Positions 1 to 13,023 of a DNA stretch of 64,000 nucleotides are shown here, piece by piece. Both the position numbers and the translations under genes were made by a program. The stretch lies in the NCBI GenBank assembly GCA_043228905.1, contig JBHGNT010000022.1, positions 868,001-932,000 of the forward strand. The letters run 5' to 3'. A model generated the notes under the pieces. That model saw only the letters and a list, made by a program, of their open reading frames with translations, was not told the DNA's origin and searched no databases. This DNA comes from Azolla caroliniana. Taxonomy: Eukaryota > Plantae > Polypodiophyta. Position 1 is the first letter of the stretch, and every line of letters starts with the position of its first letter.

Positions 1-3000
1 CTCTATTCATTACATCAAGGTAAACGTTTAGTGTCTGTTTATGCATCTGAATTTAGACAATTGGCATGTGATGTTCAGTGGGATGACCAAGCCCTTTGCG
101 ACCATTTTCGTCGGGGTCTTCGAAGTGATGTTAAGAATCTACTACTAAACTTCCCGGAGCCGACTTCATTATCGCAAGCCATCAAGCAAGTAGTCAGTTG
201 TGACAACCACCTTTTTGAACTTCGACAAGAGGAACAAATGACTTCCAAGTTGTCTCCCTTTCTCCACGTTAAACTTATGGTACAACCCCAAGTGACTGCG
301 AGATCTTCTCCAACGACATCGTTCAATGACCCTATGCCGATGGAAATTGATCAAGCTCGAGCCCCACTCACCATAGCCGAATGACACCATTGACAAACCA
401 ATGGGCTATGTCTATATTGCAGTGCCTCTACCCATCTAATTCGTTTTTGCCCACTCAAAAGCAATCTCCGACAAGTCTATCGGGACAATCCAACTAGTGG
501 GTCCCAACATTCGGAAAACGACGATGTCCAACTACAGTATGAGCCATGTGGTTGGACAATAGACATACATGCTGCTCCAAAGTTCTACTAACGACTTTTC
601 CTTCGAGGTAACTCTCTATTTCCAGTCTATTTCAATTCAATCCTTAGCGCTACTCGATTCCGGGTTTAGGGTTAGAATGGCCCGAATCATTTTCTGTCGA
701 GCACTCCATTCAACTCGGACCAGTGCACTCGGATGCTCATGCCCCAGTCACAATGCACTCCATCTCAATGGGCAATGACTCAGAGTCAAGTACCCCAACT
801 TTGGTTTCTATGAAAGCCAATTTGGACTCGCTTCCATCCAAATATGGTGACTTTGCTGATGTGTTCGAGAAGAAGAATGCAGATCACTTACCGGAGCATC
901 GACCATATGATTGTCTGATTGATCTACAAGAGGGCACATCTCCACCCTTTGGGCCCATCTATGGTCTCTAAACCAGAACTGGAGGCTCTTCGTACATATC
1001 TCGATGGAAATTTGGAGAAGGGCTTCATCCAACCGTCTAAGTTACCAGTTGGGGCCCCCATCTTGTTTGTGAAGAAAAAGGATGGATCGTTGCGTCTATG
1101 TGTGGATGACCATGGCCTCAATAAAATCACAGTACGTAATCGATACCCTTTACCTCTCATCCCAGAGCTCCCTGATCGCCTTCGTTGTTTCTCAAAGATT
1201 GACTTGCAGGGAGCATACAACTTGGTTTGGATTAAACTTGGTGATGAATGGAAGACGACATTTCGTACGCGATATGGACACTTCAAGTATAAGCTAATGC
1301 CTTTTAGACTGACCAATGCTCCAGTTGTTTTTCAACATATGGTGAACGACATATTTCGAGAATATCTCGATCACTTTGTCGTTATCTACTTTGATGACAT
1401 TCTTGTCTTCTTGTCGAGCATTGAAGAGCATACTCACCATATTTGATTGATTCTCTAGAAACTCAGGGAGCATGGCCTCTATGCCAAGAGCGAAAAATGT
1501 GAGTTTGATTGCAATTCCATAGAATTTCTTGGTTATGTGATCTCCCCCAGGGTATGACCATGAATCCAAGGAAAATCAAGACAATTCAAGAATGGGCCAC
1601 TCCAAAATGAGTAAAGGATGTCCAGTCGTTCCTTCGTTTCGCAAATTTCTATCGACGATTTATCAAGGTGTTCTCCGTCATAGTCCAACCCTTGATTGAG
1701 CTTACTCATAAAGGGATGTCGTTTCAATGGACTCCATCTACTCAACACGCCTTCGACCTACTCAAGGAAGTTTGTACCTGGGCTCCAGTCCTCCTTCACA
1801 TCAACCCTGCTAAGCCTTTTCAAGTTGAAACAGATGCCTCTGACTTTGCCATTGGCGCCATCTTATCCCAACCCGATGATGATGGCATCCTACATCTGGT
1901 GGCATACTACTCCTGAAAATTTACAACTCCAAAAATCAACTATCCCATCTACGACATGGAGCTCGCGGCTATAGTGGCAACTTTCATGGAGTGGAGACCT
2001 TACACGGTTGGGGCGCAACATCGGGTTCAGGTATTAACAGATCATAAAAATTTATTGTATTTCTCAACAACCCATACTTTGAATCAACAGCAGGCCCGTT
2101 GATCAACTTTCTTAGCCGACTATGACTTTGAAATTGTCTTTCGGCCGGGGGCACAAAACATGAGGGTTGATTCTCTTTCACGATGGTCAGATTTTGAGTT
2201 GAGCCCAAGGATGATGCCTATGCTCAACAATCTCAATGTTTGCTTAAACAAGATCAATTCCAACTCTTCACCACATGCATGCTCCATGACGACTCTTTGC
2301 TTGAGGAGATAGTCAAAGCACTTCCCATCGACAAACTCGCCAACGCAATTCAGGAAGGTCTTATTGATCCGTCTAAATCCAAGACCAAGGAAGACCTTGA
2401 CCACTTCAGATTCGAGGGGGGATTGCGTTACCGAGACCAACACTTATATGTTCCGCAGGGCCGATGTCGAACTCAAGTTCTTCAAAAGTGTCATGATGAC
2501 CCCTTGGCTAGTCATTTTGGCGTTACAAAGACACTCAAATTAATCTCACGAGGATATTGCTGGCCTCAACCATGGAAGTTCATCAAGGAATTAATCAAGA
2601 CATGTGATACTTGTGCTAGCTCCAAAGTCATCCACCATAGGCCATATGGGTTGCTCCAACCACTTCCCATTCCAACCGGCCTTGGGCATCAATTTCCATG
2701 GATTTCATCATTGACTTGCCTCTTGTCCACGGATATGACACATTGCTCCTCATGGTAGATCGGTTTACAAAGATGGCTCATTTTGCCCCTTGTGCAAAGA
2801 CTATTTCAACAGAAGCAACAACTGATCTATTTTTAAAGAATGTGGTGCGGCTTCATGGGGTCCTAGATGATGTCATCTCAGATCGCGGACCCCAATTTGT
2901 CTCTCGTTTTTGGCGGCGGCGACTCCTTCAAACATTGTGCACAACAATGAAACTGTCTTCGTCCTATCATCCTCAAACCGATGGCCAAATGGAGTGGGTG

Positions 3001-3768
3001 AACCAAATTCTTGACCAATACCTTCGATGCTCGCTTAGCTACCAACAAGATGATTGGGTTGACCTCCTACCCTTGGTAGAGTTCACATATAATAATACGC
3101 TACATGGTTCAACTGGGGTCACCCCATTTTTCGCCAACTATGGTTTCCATCCTCGCTTCAGTATTTCCATCCCTGGCAACTCTGTCAACTTGTCAGCGGA
3201 AGGACGTGCTCGTATTTTAGCCGACATTCATCAAGACCTCTCCCTCGAAATCATCCTTGCAAGGGACCGATATAAAGCACAAGCTGATTGACATCGTTCC
3301 ACTACACTCGCCTTTGTAGTTGGTGATCAAGTTTGACTCTTACGTCGCCATGTCGATACTACTCGACCTTGCGAAAAGTTGGATTACAAGAAGTTGGGGC
3401 CTTTCCGCATCATTGAGTGTGTCAATCCCGTCACTTTCCGGCTGGAACTTCCTCCACATTTCCGGATTCATAATGTCTTCCATGCCTCTCTTCTCGAACC
3501 TTATCATCCATCCACTATTACTAGAAGACACTCTCCACCTCCACCTCCAATTGAGCTTTCCACAGGTGAGGAGTATGAGGTGGACAAGATTTTGGACTCT
3601 CGTTGGCATCGACGACAACTTCAATACTTAGTCCTATGGAAAGGGTATCCCATTTCAGAGGCAACTTGGGAACCAACCCAACACTTGGAGAATGCACTGG
3701 ATGTTGTTCATGCATTTCATCACCAATATCCACAAAAACCGGGGAGGCATCTTTGGAGGCGGCCTTAG
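1..3768 (+). pseudogene. pol: Decayed gag-pol of chromovirus A
   Basis: Motifs: gag [35 protein letters not shown] / YFDDIL, RH VETDASDFAIGAILSQ, INT HDDPLASHFG / MDFI / SDRGPQF, chromodomain EEYEVDKILDSR..YLVLWKGY. Many stops and frameshifts. Confidence 0.93.
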
Positions 3769-3777
3769 CAGGGGGAA

Positions 3778-4028
3778 TGTCATGGACATGACAATAATCA
3801 TGTCATGATTCGAACTCTTGACCTATTGTATTTAATTGATATGTTTTAACCAATACATAATCATGTTAGTTTACTAGATTATTGTAGATATCTATTCTAC
3901 ATGTAGGATGTTAGAAGCTTCCAAAAAGCTCCAGAAGCTAGAATATTCTAGAAGCAGAAGCTAGAACATTCTAGAAGGTTGTGCATGAAAATGAGTCTTT
4001 GCATGGGGCTACATTTAGAGCCCATAAA
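3778..4028 (+). repeat. 3' LTR of A, left part (U3)
   Basis: Starts TGTCA directly after PPT; interrupted by element B at 4029. Confidence 0.85.
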
Positions 4029-4327
4029 TGTCATGACATGGCAAGACTGGAACCCATGACCTTATGTTACATGGGTCGAGCTCTTGACCATTAGACTATA
4101 TGTTGTAATATGAAAGATATTATTTTCATTTAGGTTTTACTATAGAAAATTGATGTATATTCCAAATTTCTCTAGAACATTCTAGAAACTTCAGGAGTAC
4201 TCCTGAGAACACTATAAAAGGAGGCACAAGGCATTATTTCGAACCAAATCGGTTCAATGCCAGTCTTAAGCCTCCTAGCTACTATTGTATATTCCCTTAA
4301 CATAATATATATCTTTTGTTATCCTCA

Positions 4328-4404
<77 letters not shown>
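4029..4404 (+). repeat. 5' LTR of B, left part, ending in expanded (CT)n(CA)n(CT)n
   Basis: Aligns to 13975-14290; TATAAAAG at about 4213. Confidence 0.9.
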
Positions 4405-4407
<3 letters not shown>

Positions 4408-4584
4408 AATAATGGCTTTCATTACGAAAGAAAAAACACCACCATGACTAACTTACAACAAACTATAGAACCCCTTCTATCTAGGGATTTAAAGAAAACT
4501 ACGACACCAAACTCAATGCCACCCTACACACCAATTCAAATGCCGAATATGATGATATGTGACCTTGCAGAGTTCTCTCTCTTC

Positions 4585-7500
4585 CTAGTTGAGATTTCGT
4601 GACTTCTCTAGCACTGTCAATTGCCACAAAAGAAGTCCTTTTAACTTTAGAACATATTTTCTCACCCCCACTTGCGAATAAAAAATGAAAGCATTCCGCA
4701 TATTCCAATTGAACCATAGCCCCCAATACCTCAAGAACTCAAAAATAATTTGAGAATGAGGCATTGGTTCATTGTTCTCCATATGTGCAAAAACCCAATT
4801 GAAGTAAGATAGACGTACTCCGGTTAGAGACATCCACACTAAATTGATACACCTCCAAACCATCCTTGCCATCGGGCAGGAAATAAATCGATGCCTACTA
4901 TGTTCCAATTCTACTGAACAAAAGAAACACACTCCTTTAGTAATGTTTTTGTTTTTTTAATGCATCCCCCAATGGTAAAGCTCCAATCATAACTCTCCAA
5001 ACAAATACCTTGGCTCGTAGCATTAATCGAGAACACCAACTTGTCTTGATCACATGAAGCCACCAAATAATGAGCTTATGAAACCCCCATATCTTTATAA
5101 CCCTTTCTTCCAACCACTTATGTTTGTTAATCAACGTGTGATAAGCAACATTTGTTGAGATCATAGTCAATATCTTATTTCCAACAAACCTCCAATCAAG
5201 CTCTTGAGATCGCCCATCTAAATAAGGAATTGGCTCATACGAAGATAGTATTTGTTGCAACTTATCCCAAATAAAGGTATAACCTTTTGGAATACGAAAT
5301 GTTGATCTGATTGTTTGAAAAGCCATTAATCTTCTTTGTGACACCAACATAGCACCCTTAATTGTTACCAAACCCAATCTAGCCATTCGATTAAATTGAA
5401 GGTTAAAAATTTGCTTACCTTCCCACTTCAACAACCTTGATGTTGCCAAAACCTCCATTTGTAATGAATTGGCACATCCCCTTTCTTGTGGGGGATGCCA
5501 TTCCACAAAATCTAACATACTTTGCCATGATGTCAACAAATGATCAACTATCATAGACCTTGCACATTTGACATCCCTATCAGAATTAATTACATTCCAC
5601 CAATTTGCTTCAACCTTCATGTTTCCAAGCTTTATTCCATTCTTCTCTATAAAGTATGCCACCATTTCTATCCAAGGTTGTACACCTTCAAACATAAATA
5701 GAATGAAAGTAAATTGGCGAGCCACCATATGCTCATATAGATTTAATATTGATGCTCCGCCAAGACGCTTCGGAGTACAAACATGATCCCATGCCAACCA
5801 CGACAAGGCACTTTTCCCTTTTCTTTTCCATAACAACATTCGCATCGAGCGTGTCAATATTTCAAGAGATTTCTTTGACCATGGGAGAAAAGGAAGATAA
5901 TAAGATACCATAGAGACCATAATTGATTGGACCACCTTAAGTCGTACATGAAAAGGCCAAATTTGAGACCTCCAATACATAAACTTATCCTCCAACCTTT
6001 TGGACACCCACTCAATAAGTTTCACATGAGAACCTTCCACCCCAATTGGATATCCAAGGTGACGAAAAATCATACCACGATGTACTATCCTTCCTGACCA
6101 CCCCAACCCCAACACATCTTGTTCTGTACATGAAATGAGGACATATTTATGTATATTAATTCTCAACCCTGAAGCATTTGAAAACAATGGCCACACATCT
6201 CTTGTCTTACTAATATTTTCCCGATTAGGTGCCAAAAACATAATATGGTCATCTATTAGAGCTTGAACAATACATGGCTTCCCTAATGGCAACCTTAGTC
6301 CAAGCAATTCTTCCTGCATAGCCATATTGTGTAACTTAACAAGAATAGGATGTGTCACAATAGTGAATAATAAAGGACTTACCGGGCATCCTTGTCGAAC
6401 TGACCTCCGAATAGAAATCGGTTGTGTTACTCCTCCATTAAACATCACATGTGAAACCGAACCCTCCCGTAATGTGTATATCAACTTAGACATACGATCA
6501 CCAAAACCCATATGAGACATCAATTGATTTATAAACAACCAATCCACATTATCATAGGCTTTCTCGATATCCAATTGTAGCAACACCAATTCTTGCTTCG
6601 AATCCTTTGCATAGTCAATTGCCATTTGAACATTTAAAATATTATGTAAAATGTCTCTTTTTGCTAAAAACCCATATTGAGCATTATGAATAATAGAAGC
6701 TAAAACCTTATGCAACCTATTGGCTATCACTTTTGCAAAAATCTTGTACATTCCCCCCATCAATGAAATAGGCCTCCATTGAGCTAAGGAAGATGGAGAA
6801 GGCACCTTCGGCAAAAGTTTTATCAAACCAATCTTCCAAGAATGAGGCATTTCCCCTGATGTCCACACGTTCTGAAATAAAACCGTAAAAGGCCCCTTTA
6901 ACTTAATCACATATTTCTTAAAGAGTTCATTTGTTAATCCATCCCACCCAGGACTCTTATCATTAGCAAGATGTGACATGACATGTTCCACCTCATCCTC
7001 TAAAATATTAGCATCTAATGATTGTGCCACATCATGCGATACATGATTTTTCACTCCATTAAAAAATACGTCTCTATCCTTTCTAACATTATCATCGATA
7101 CAAACTTGTACATCCAACAATTGTGTATAATAGTCTATGCATTTCTTCACAATTTCTTGAGGATCGGAACAGGGGATACCATTTTCCTCTAACCTCATCA
7201 CATTATGTTGTGCATGTGATTCATGAAGGTCATGAAAAAACTTATGTGATTGACAATTAGCATCATCCACTTCTTGTCCTAGACGATGTAGTCTAGTATG
7301 TTGGTAATTTTTTTCCGTTAGATCATGCATCGCAGAAATTAATACCTCTTGATATCCCAACAACTCTACATCCGTTGGCCAATAAGTTAACAATGAATTG
7401 CATTTATCAAGAAAATTAACTAGGAGACTTAATTTCTTTCTCCTTTTAAAAGCATGGTGAATTCCATAATACCTAGTTAACCTCTGAACATTTGCAACAA

Positions 7501-8365
7501 ATACTTCCCACGCTTCATACCCATCAAATTGAACATGATAGGCAAATGCATCAATCAATTGACACATATAGGCATGGAAGACCTCATGATCCAAAAATGA
7601 TGAATTAAAAATCATCGGTGGTTTTCCTAAAAACTCATGAAAAGCTCTAATTGAGTGGTGAGTGAATTCAAAAATTAATGGTAAATGATCTGATATAATT
7701 GACCCATAAGACACTGAAATATCCAAAATCTCTGGTAAAAATCCTTTGGTATGCATTACATACATTCAATCCAACCTACTCCAAGTATCCTTATATTGAG
7801 CCGATTGAAAGGTATAACCAGGTTCATCTCCCTTAATCCACTTCCATACATCCCTTAACATGATTTCAGTCTCAAAATCTCCCCATTCTTGAGCCTCTGG
7901 TTCATCCATAATAGAGTGGATGGATGTTGATTGATTTGTCTCACAACAAACATTAAAATTTCCCATCAATAAACCAGGTCTACCATTATCAAGCATCGAG
8001 GTCAGAGATCTCCATAACAACTTTCGTTCTTGTGAAACATTCGATGCATACACACCAACTAACCAAAGAATTTGCCCTTCATAACATATCTCTACCACAA
8101 TAAATCTTCCAAATTCATCTGAAATAATTACTTTTGGGTGAAATTTATCTCTTATAAACATGACAATCTCAGAATAATCCCCATCAACCTTGCCAGCATA
8201 ACATAATGTATAAACCTTAGAACAACTAAATAAACCAACATTACGACGATCTTTATGCTCTACTGGACATAAAACATCCCATTGCTCCCTTAACACAATC
8301 CTCCAAACCTCATGCATTCTAAATCTAGAACACAAACCCCTCACATTCCATGTGGTGATCTTCAT
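4585..8365 (-). pseudogene. LINE ORF2: APE endonuclease, RT, zf-RVT; one in-frame stop (7766) and a frameshift near 4940
   Basis: MKITTWNVRGL, MGNFN, YTF..WSRLD*; KSPGWDG, WRPISL, LDIEKAYD, RQGCPVSP, LIDD; CFFC..EHSRHRFISC. Confidence 0.93.
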
Positions 8366-9783
8366 ACTTTATTTTTTCCTTTTATTTGAGAAATCTCTTT
8401 CTCCTTCACTGCTAATGTTTCTGCCATATCCTGAAATAAATCCCATAAGATTGCATATGAATTACTATGAGAATGCAAAACTCCAAACCCTGATGGCTCC
8501 TCATGTGAACGAGGCACCGATTTCCGTTTATTCCAAGGAACATACAAATTACCTTTATTATCAAAAGATAATTTCTTTGGATAGTCCTCTTGACGAACCC
8601 ATGGTTTATTCCGCATGGGATTTGTTTGTTGAATCAGTGTGCCCTTCTCCATAGATACATTATGTCCAACATTCTTATTAGACTTCTTCATCTTTCCAGA
8701 AACTATTGACCATTGTCCTTCATCCTCTAGAGTCTTTCCATCCTTCTCATTCACAATTTGTAGTTCCTTTGATTGCTCTAAAATTGTCAAAGTTTCAATC
8801 TGATCATGATTTGTAGGCTCTTCATGTACCACCTCCACTACATTATTTCTTTTTTGAGGACACTCGGCCATAAAATGCCCCAACACACCACAATGGAAAC
8901 AATGTCCTGCAAATGTACCCCTTTTAAGCTGAAAATACATAGGTGGCATACCAGAGCATGCAATCTGTAAACAACTTGGCCTCTTTATAGCAATATTCCA
9001 AAGAATACACATCCGATATCGATTTTGAGCATTAACACTAGGAGGCACCAAGATCTTTCCCAACTTTTCCATCGTGGACCGTAATATTGGCCAAACCACT
9101 GAATATGTGCACTCTACCTCAACCCATACGGGACACTCTTCCTTTAATATATCTTGGTATTCCACTAGTGGCCTCCACGGAACAATATGAACCAAACTTT
9201 TTTCATAAAAAACAGGCAATTTATTTAGTAATTTCTCTTTATACTCTTGTGATACCAAAACAACCTCATAAAATCCACGAGGACCGGCATAAACATCCTG
9301 AACACAATCAGCTTGTAAAATCCAATGTAACCATTGTTTGACCCTCGAAAGGAAAGGTATCTTCCTTGTGAAAAACAATATGACCCTTTTATCACAGAAA
9401 TTAGCAAATGAGCCCAAAAACTCCTTATTATCAATTTCTACCTTAGCCACTTCATCGTCAACAAACTCCTCAACAACTTTCACATTCTCCCTTATACAAT
9501 CTTCCATTAATATATTTTCCATGCATCTTAAATGTTCCCAATGACTATCATCTTTCTCAATATCATCTTGTCGCATTGCATCAGCATAAGACATGTCATT
9601 ACTATTATCTCCAATACATCGTTTTCTTTTGCCATCCCCTCTTGGGCTCGAAACTGTCTCAACCATGCATGCATCCTTTGTAGAATTTGGAGACTCATCC
9701 ATATTCATGAAAACACTATCATCCATATGACAAGAATTAGGAAAGAGCTCACTTACAAGTAATTGTGTTGGAGAAGGAGTCAA
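8362..9783 (-). CDS. LINE ORF1 (DUF4283-like region plus CCHC zinc knuckle)
   Basis: 473-aa open frame with HIVPW..CPVWVEV..LGKIL and CFHCGVLGHFMAEC; stop overlaps ORF2 start (ATGA). True start codon uncertain. Confidence 0.85.
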   Translation of the reverse strand: MTPSPTQLLVSELFPNSCHMDDSVFMNMDESPNSTKDACMVETVSSPRGDGKRKRCIGDNSNDMSYADAMRQDDIEKDDSHWEHLRCMENILMEDCIRENVKVVEEFVDDEVAKVEIDNKEFLGSFANFCDKRVILFFTRKIPFLSRVKQWLHWILQADCVQDVYAGPRGFYEVVLVSQEYKEKLLNKLPVFYEKSLVHIVPWRPLVEYQDILKEECPVWVEVECTYSVVWPILRSTMEKLGKILVPPSVNAQNRYRMCILWNIAIKRPSCLQIACSGMPPMYFQLKRGTFAGHCFHCGVLGHFMAECPQKRNNVVEVVHEEPTNHDQIETLTILEQSKELQIVNEKDGKTLEDEGQWSIVSGKMKKSNKNVGHNVSMEKGTLIQQTNPMRNKPWVRQEDYPKKLSFDNKGNLYVPWNKRKSVPRSHEEPSGFGVLHSHSNSYAILWDLFQDMAETLAVKEKEISQIKGKNKV

Positions 9784-9994
9784 AGCAAGCGATCATGAGA
9801 TGCATGCAACCGAATTGAATTTTTACTCGTAGCATTCTACCAAGACCCCCAAATGATACGTGAAGATACTTTTTAGAAAGCTCTCTGTGCAAGCTTCGAA
9901 ACGAGCCAAAGAACAAAGGAAACGGATACCGTAGCAAGAAGATACATCAAAAATAGTGTTTTCCCTTCTCCAACATCTCCCAACTTTGCGTTTT

Positions 9995-9997
<3 letters not shown>

Positions 9998-10045
<48 letters not shown>

Positions 10046-10161
10046 TCTCTTGAGAGTTCTATACCTCCCTTAGTACTAATCCTCATCTTTTAGTACTAAT
10101 TCCTTCTCTGTTTTAGTACTGTTCCTGACAATACTTCTCTATCTTAGTACTGCTCCTGATA
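9998..10161 (+). repeat. 5' LTR of B, right part (after the LINE)
   Basis: (CT)n then AGTACT-repeat segment matching 14290-14410; ends CTGATA, followed by non-tRNA PBS GTTTGAACCGAATT. Confidence 0.88.
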
Positions 10162-10257
10162 GTTTGAACCGAATTTTCTCTCCTTCTTTCTCTTCCTTTA
10201 TCTTCTTACTTCTCCCTCCCTTCATACTAATCTCTTATTCCTCTTTTCTCTCATACT

Positions 10258-11390
10258 ATGGCCACCGTTAGCGCTCAAGAATATCAATCCGTTTTCTCAG
10301 AGCTGCAATGCCTGTAAGAGAAGTTCCTTGCTTTGGAACAAGAAAATCAACGGTTGTTGGGGGATCTTCAACAAATCTCCTTAGAAAAGCAGTAAACGCA
10401 ACAACAACATGGGGAACTAGTGGTACGCTTGCAACAACTCGAAGCAACCTTAGTAGCGATGCAACAACAAGGACCCAATACGCAAGGGATTCATAAAGAA
10501 CCCAAGATCGGCCTTCCCATGAAATTCGATGGAACGCGATCGCAATGTAGAGGATTCCTTAATCAGGTACGATTAGTCATTCAAATGCATCCTTCTCGAT
10601 ATCCCACTGATGCATCACGAGTGGGACTAGTAGGCACTCTACTTAGTGGCACGACTTTGGCATGGTTCACCCCTTTGTTAGAAAAAAGCTTTCCCTTGTT
10701 AAATAATTTCGAAGAGTTTATTACCAAGTTTAAAGCCTTTTTTGGAGATACCGACAGTGTTAGAACAACAATCAACAAAATCCGAAGATTGCACCAAGGT
10801 GAGAGGCTGGCCTCGGCTTATGTTGCGGATTTTCGTCTTCTTGCCATTGATATTCCCTGGGATGACCAGACACTAATGGAGCAATTTCGTTTTGGCCTAC
10901 GTAATGATGTTAAAGATTTAATCTTAACTTTCCCCGAGGAGCCAAAGTCATTGATAGAAGCAATCAGTCATGCGGTGTGATGTGATAATCGCCTCTTCGA
11001 ATGACTTTCAGAACATTAGTTCCAAATGCCACAAACAAGATTGGAGCCCACCTATGCTTCAATCGTAGCAAAGCCTTTCCCAAGGGAGTCATTCAATACG
11101 TCTCCAACAAATACTCTGACTCCAATGGAATCGACACCACACGTCGCCGCGGACCACTATCGGAAGAAGAAAAGCAGTGATGCAGGGCAAATCGATTATC
11201 CCCATGACCGGGGCATATTGCAATGAACTGCTCCCATCGGTCGAAAAGGCAGGTAAATCAAATAACCGCTAGTACTAATAGTACTAAAACCAACTCTATT
11301 CCTCTAGGTGTGTCTGATAGTCCTAATGGCCCAAGCCTTTCAAACAAATTTGAAATCCTTAGTCAACTAGAAGAAGAGTTAAACGATTAA
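10258..11390 (+). pseudogene. gag: gag of chromovirus B (disrupted)
   Basis: KEPKIGLPMKFDGTRSQCRGFLNQV..WDDQTLMEQFRFGL; homologous to intact gag of E (41253-42416). Confidence 0.9.
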
Positions 11391-12845
11391 GTCCGGCCAA
11401 AATAGGGGCCGTTTGGTTGGACAACCCTAGATCTGTGCAACCCATTAGTGGTTCCATTTCCTCTAAGCAAGTTAGCAATGTGTTCTTAGCTCAAGTAATG
11501 GTTAGTACTAAAAGTACTCCCCCAGTACATGTCTTAGCACTCTTAGATTCCGGAGCCAACTCTTGCTTCATGGATAGGAATTTTGCCCAAGCTCCTCAGA
11601 TATCCCTAAAGAAACTCCCATGTCCAGCCTCTATAGTAGTCACTGATGGTTGTCCCATTGCTTCCGGGAATATTATAGAAGAGTCAGAACCTGTTAATAT
11701 TGTCCTAGATAACTTAGCGTGTGTAGTATCATTTAATATAATTAGTGTCCCAGAACATCCCATTGTTTTGGGATTACCATGGTTCGAATTACATAACCCA
11801 GCCATAGATTGGAGAACAAGAGAAATACAGTGTCGACAAACTCGAGGATCTACTCATAAGATTGCAACCATTTCGCTACATAAGTTGCGCGAGGAACGAC
11901 GCAAGGAAGAAATGTTTCTCTTCGCAATATCAGTAAACCCCTCTTGTATCTATAAAGAGGAGTCCACCGTTCAACTTCCAGAGAAGTATCGTCATTATGA
12001 TGATGTGTTTGATAAAGTACGAGCTAATACGCTTCCTCACCATCGACCGTATGATTGACCCATCGATTTACAACCGGGAAAAGAGCCACCATGGGGACCG
12101 ATTTACAATTTGTCACCAACCGAGGTAGAAGTCCTTCGAGCATATATAGAGGAGAATTTGGCAAATGGTTTCATTCGACATTCGAAATCTCCAACCGGTG
12201 CACCCATTTTCTTCCTCAAGAAAAAGGATGGATCACTTCGTCTCGTCATAGATTACCGTGGTTTGAATAAAGTCACCATCAAGAATAGGTATGCACTTCC
12301 TCTTATCTCAAGTCTTTTAGAACGGATCAATGGTGCAAGGTTCTTCACAAAGATCGACTTACAAGGAGCGTATAACCTCGTACGGATCCGACCAACAGAT
12401 GATTGGAGACTACGTTTCGCACCAGATATGGGCACTTCGAGTATATGGTCATGCCATTCAGCCTCACGAATGCGCCAACAGTCTTCCAACACATGGCAAA
12501 TGATATATTCCGAGATCTCTTGGATGATTTTTTGATCATCTATTTGGATGATCTACTGGTTTATTCGAAGACCCAAGAAAAGCATGATTCTCATGTACTG
12601 TTAGTACTACAACGACTTCGAGAACATGGTCTTTATGCAAAACTGGAAAAATGTAGTTTCGGGTGCAACCAAATAGAATTTTTGGGCTATGTCATCTCCT
12701 CGAAAGGCATCTCCATGGATCCAGCTAAGGTCAAAACGGTGGTAGAGTAGCAGACTCCGCGTTCGTTGCGAGATGTGCAATGCTTTTTAGGCTTTGCCAA
12801 TTTTTACCTCAAAGCTTGTTCTACCTCTCACACAACTTACCAGGA
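11391..12845 (+). pseudogene. pol: pol of B: protease and RT, truncated before RNase H
   Basis: [36 protein letters not shown]; breaks off at an inverted LTR. Confidence 0.9.
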
Positions 12846-12849
12846 TGGG

Positions 12850-12969
12850 AAAATCGGTTCAAACTATCAGGAGCAGTACTAAGACAGAGAAGTATTGTCA
12901 AGAACAATACTAAAATAGAGAAGGAATTAGTACTAAAAGATGAGGATTAGTACTAAGGGAGGTGTAGAA

Positions 12970-13023
<54 letters not shown>

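Larger units (their letters stand above)
4405..9997 (-). mobile_element. Full-length L1-clade LINE inserted in the (CT)n microsatellite of LTR B
   Basis: ORF1 plus EN-RT-zf ORF2, flanked on both sides by (CT)n; host LTR sequence resumes after 9997. Confidence 0.93.

Noticed and set aside
6245-6265. Non-canonical LINE RT motif LIDD instead of YADD/FADD
   Set aside because: Single disrupted copy, so decay cannot be told apart from a family feature.
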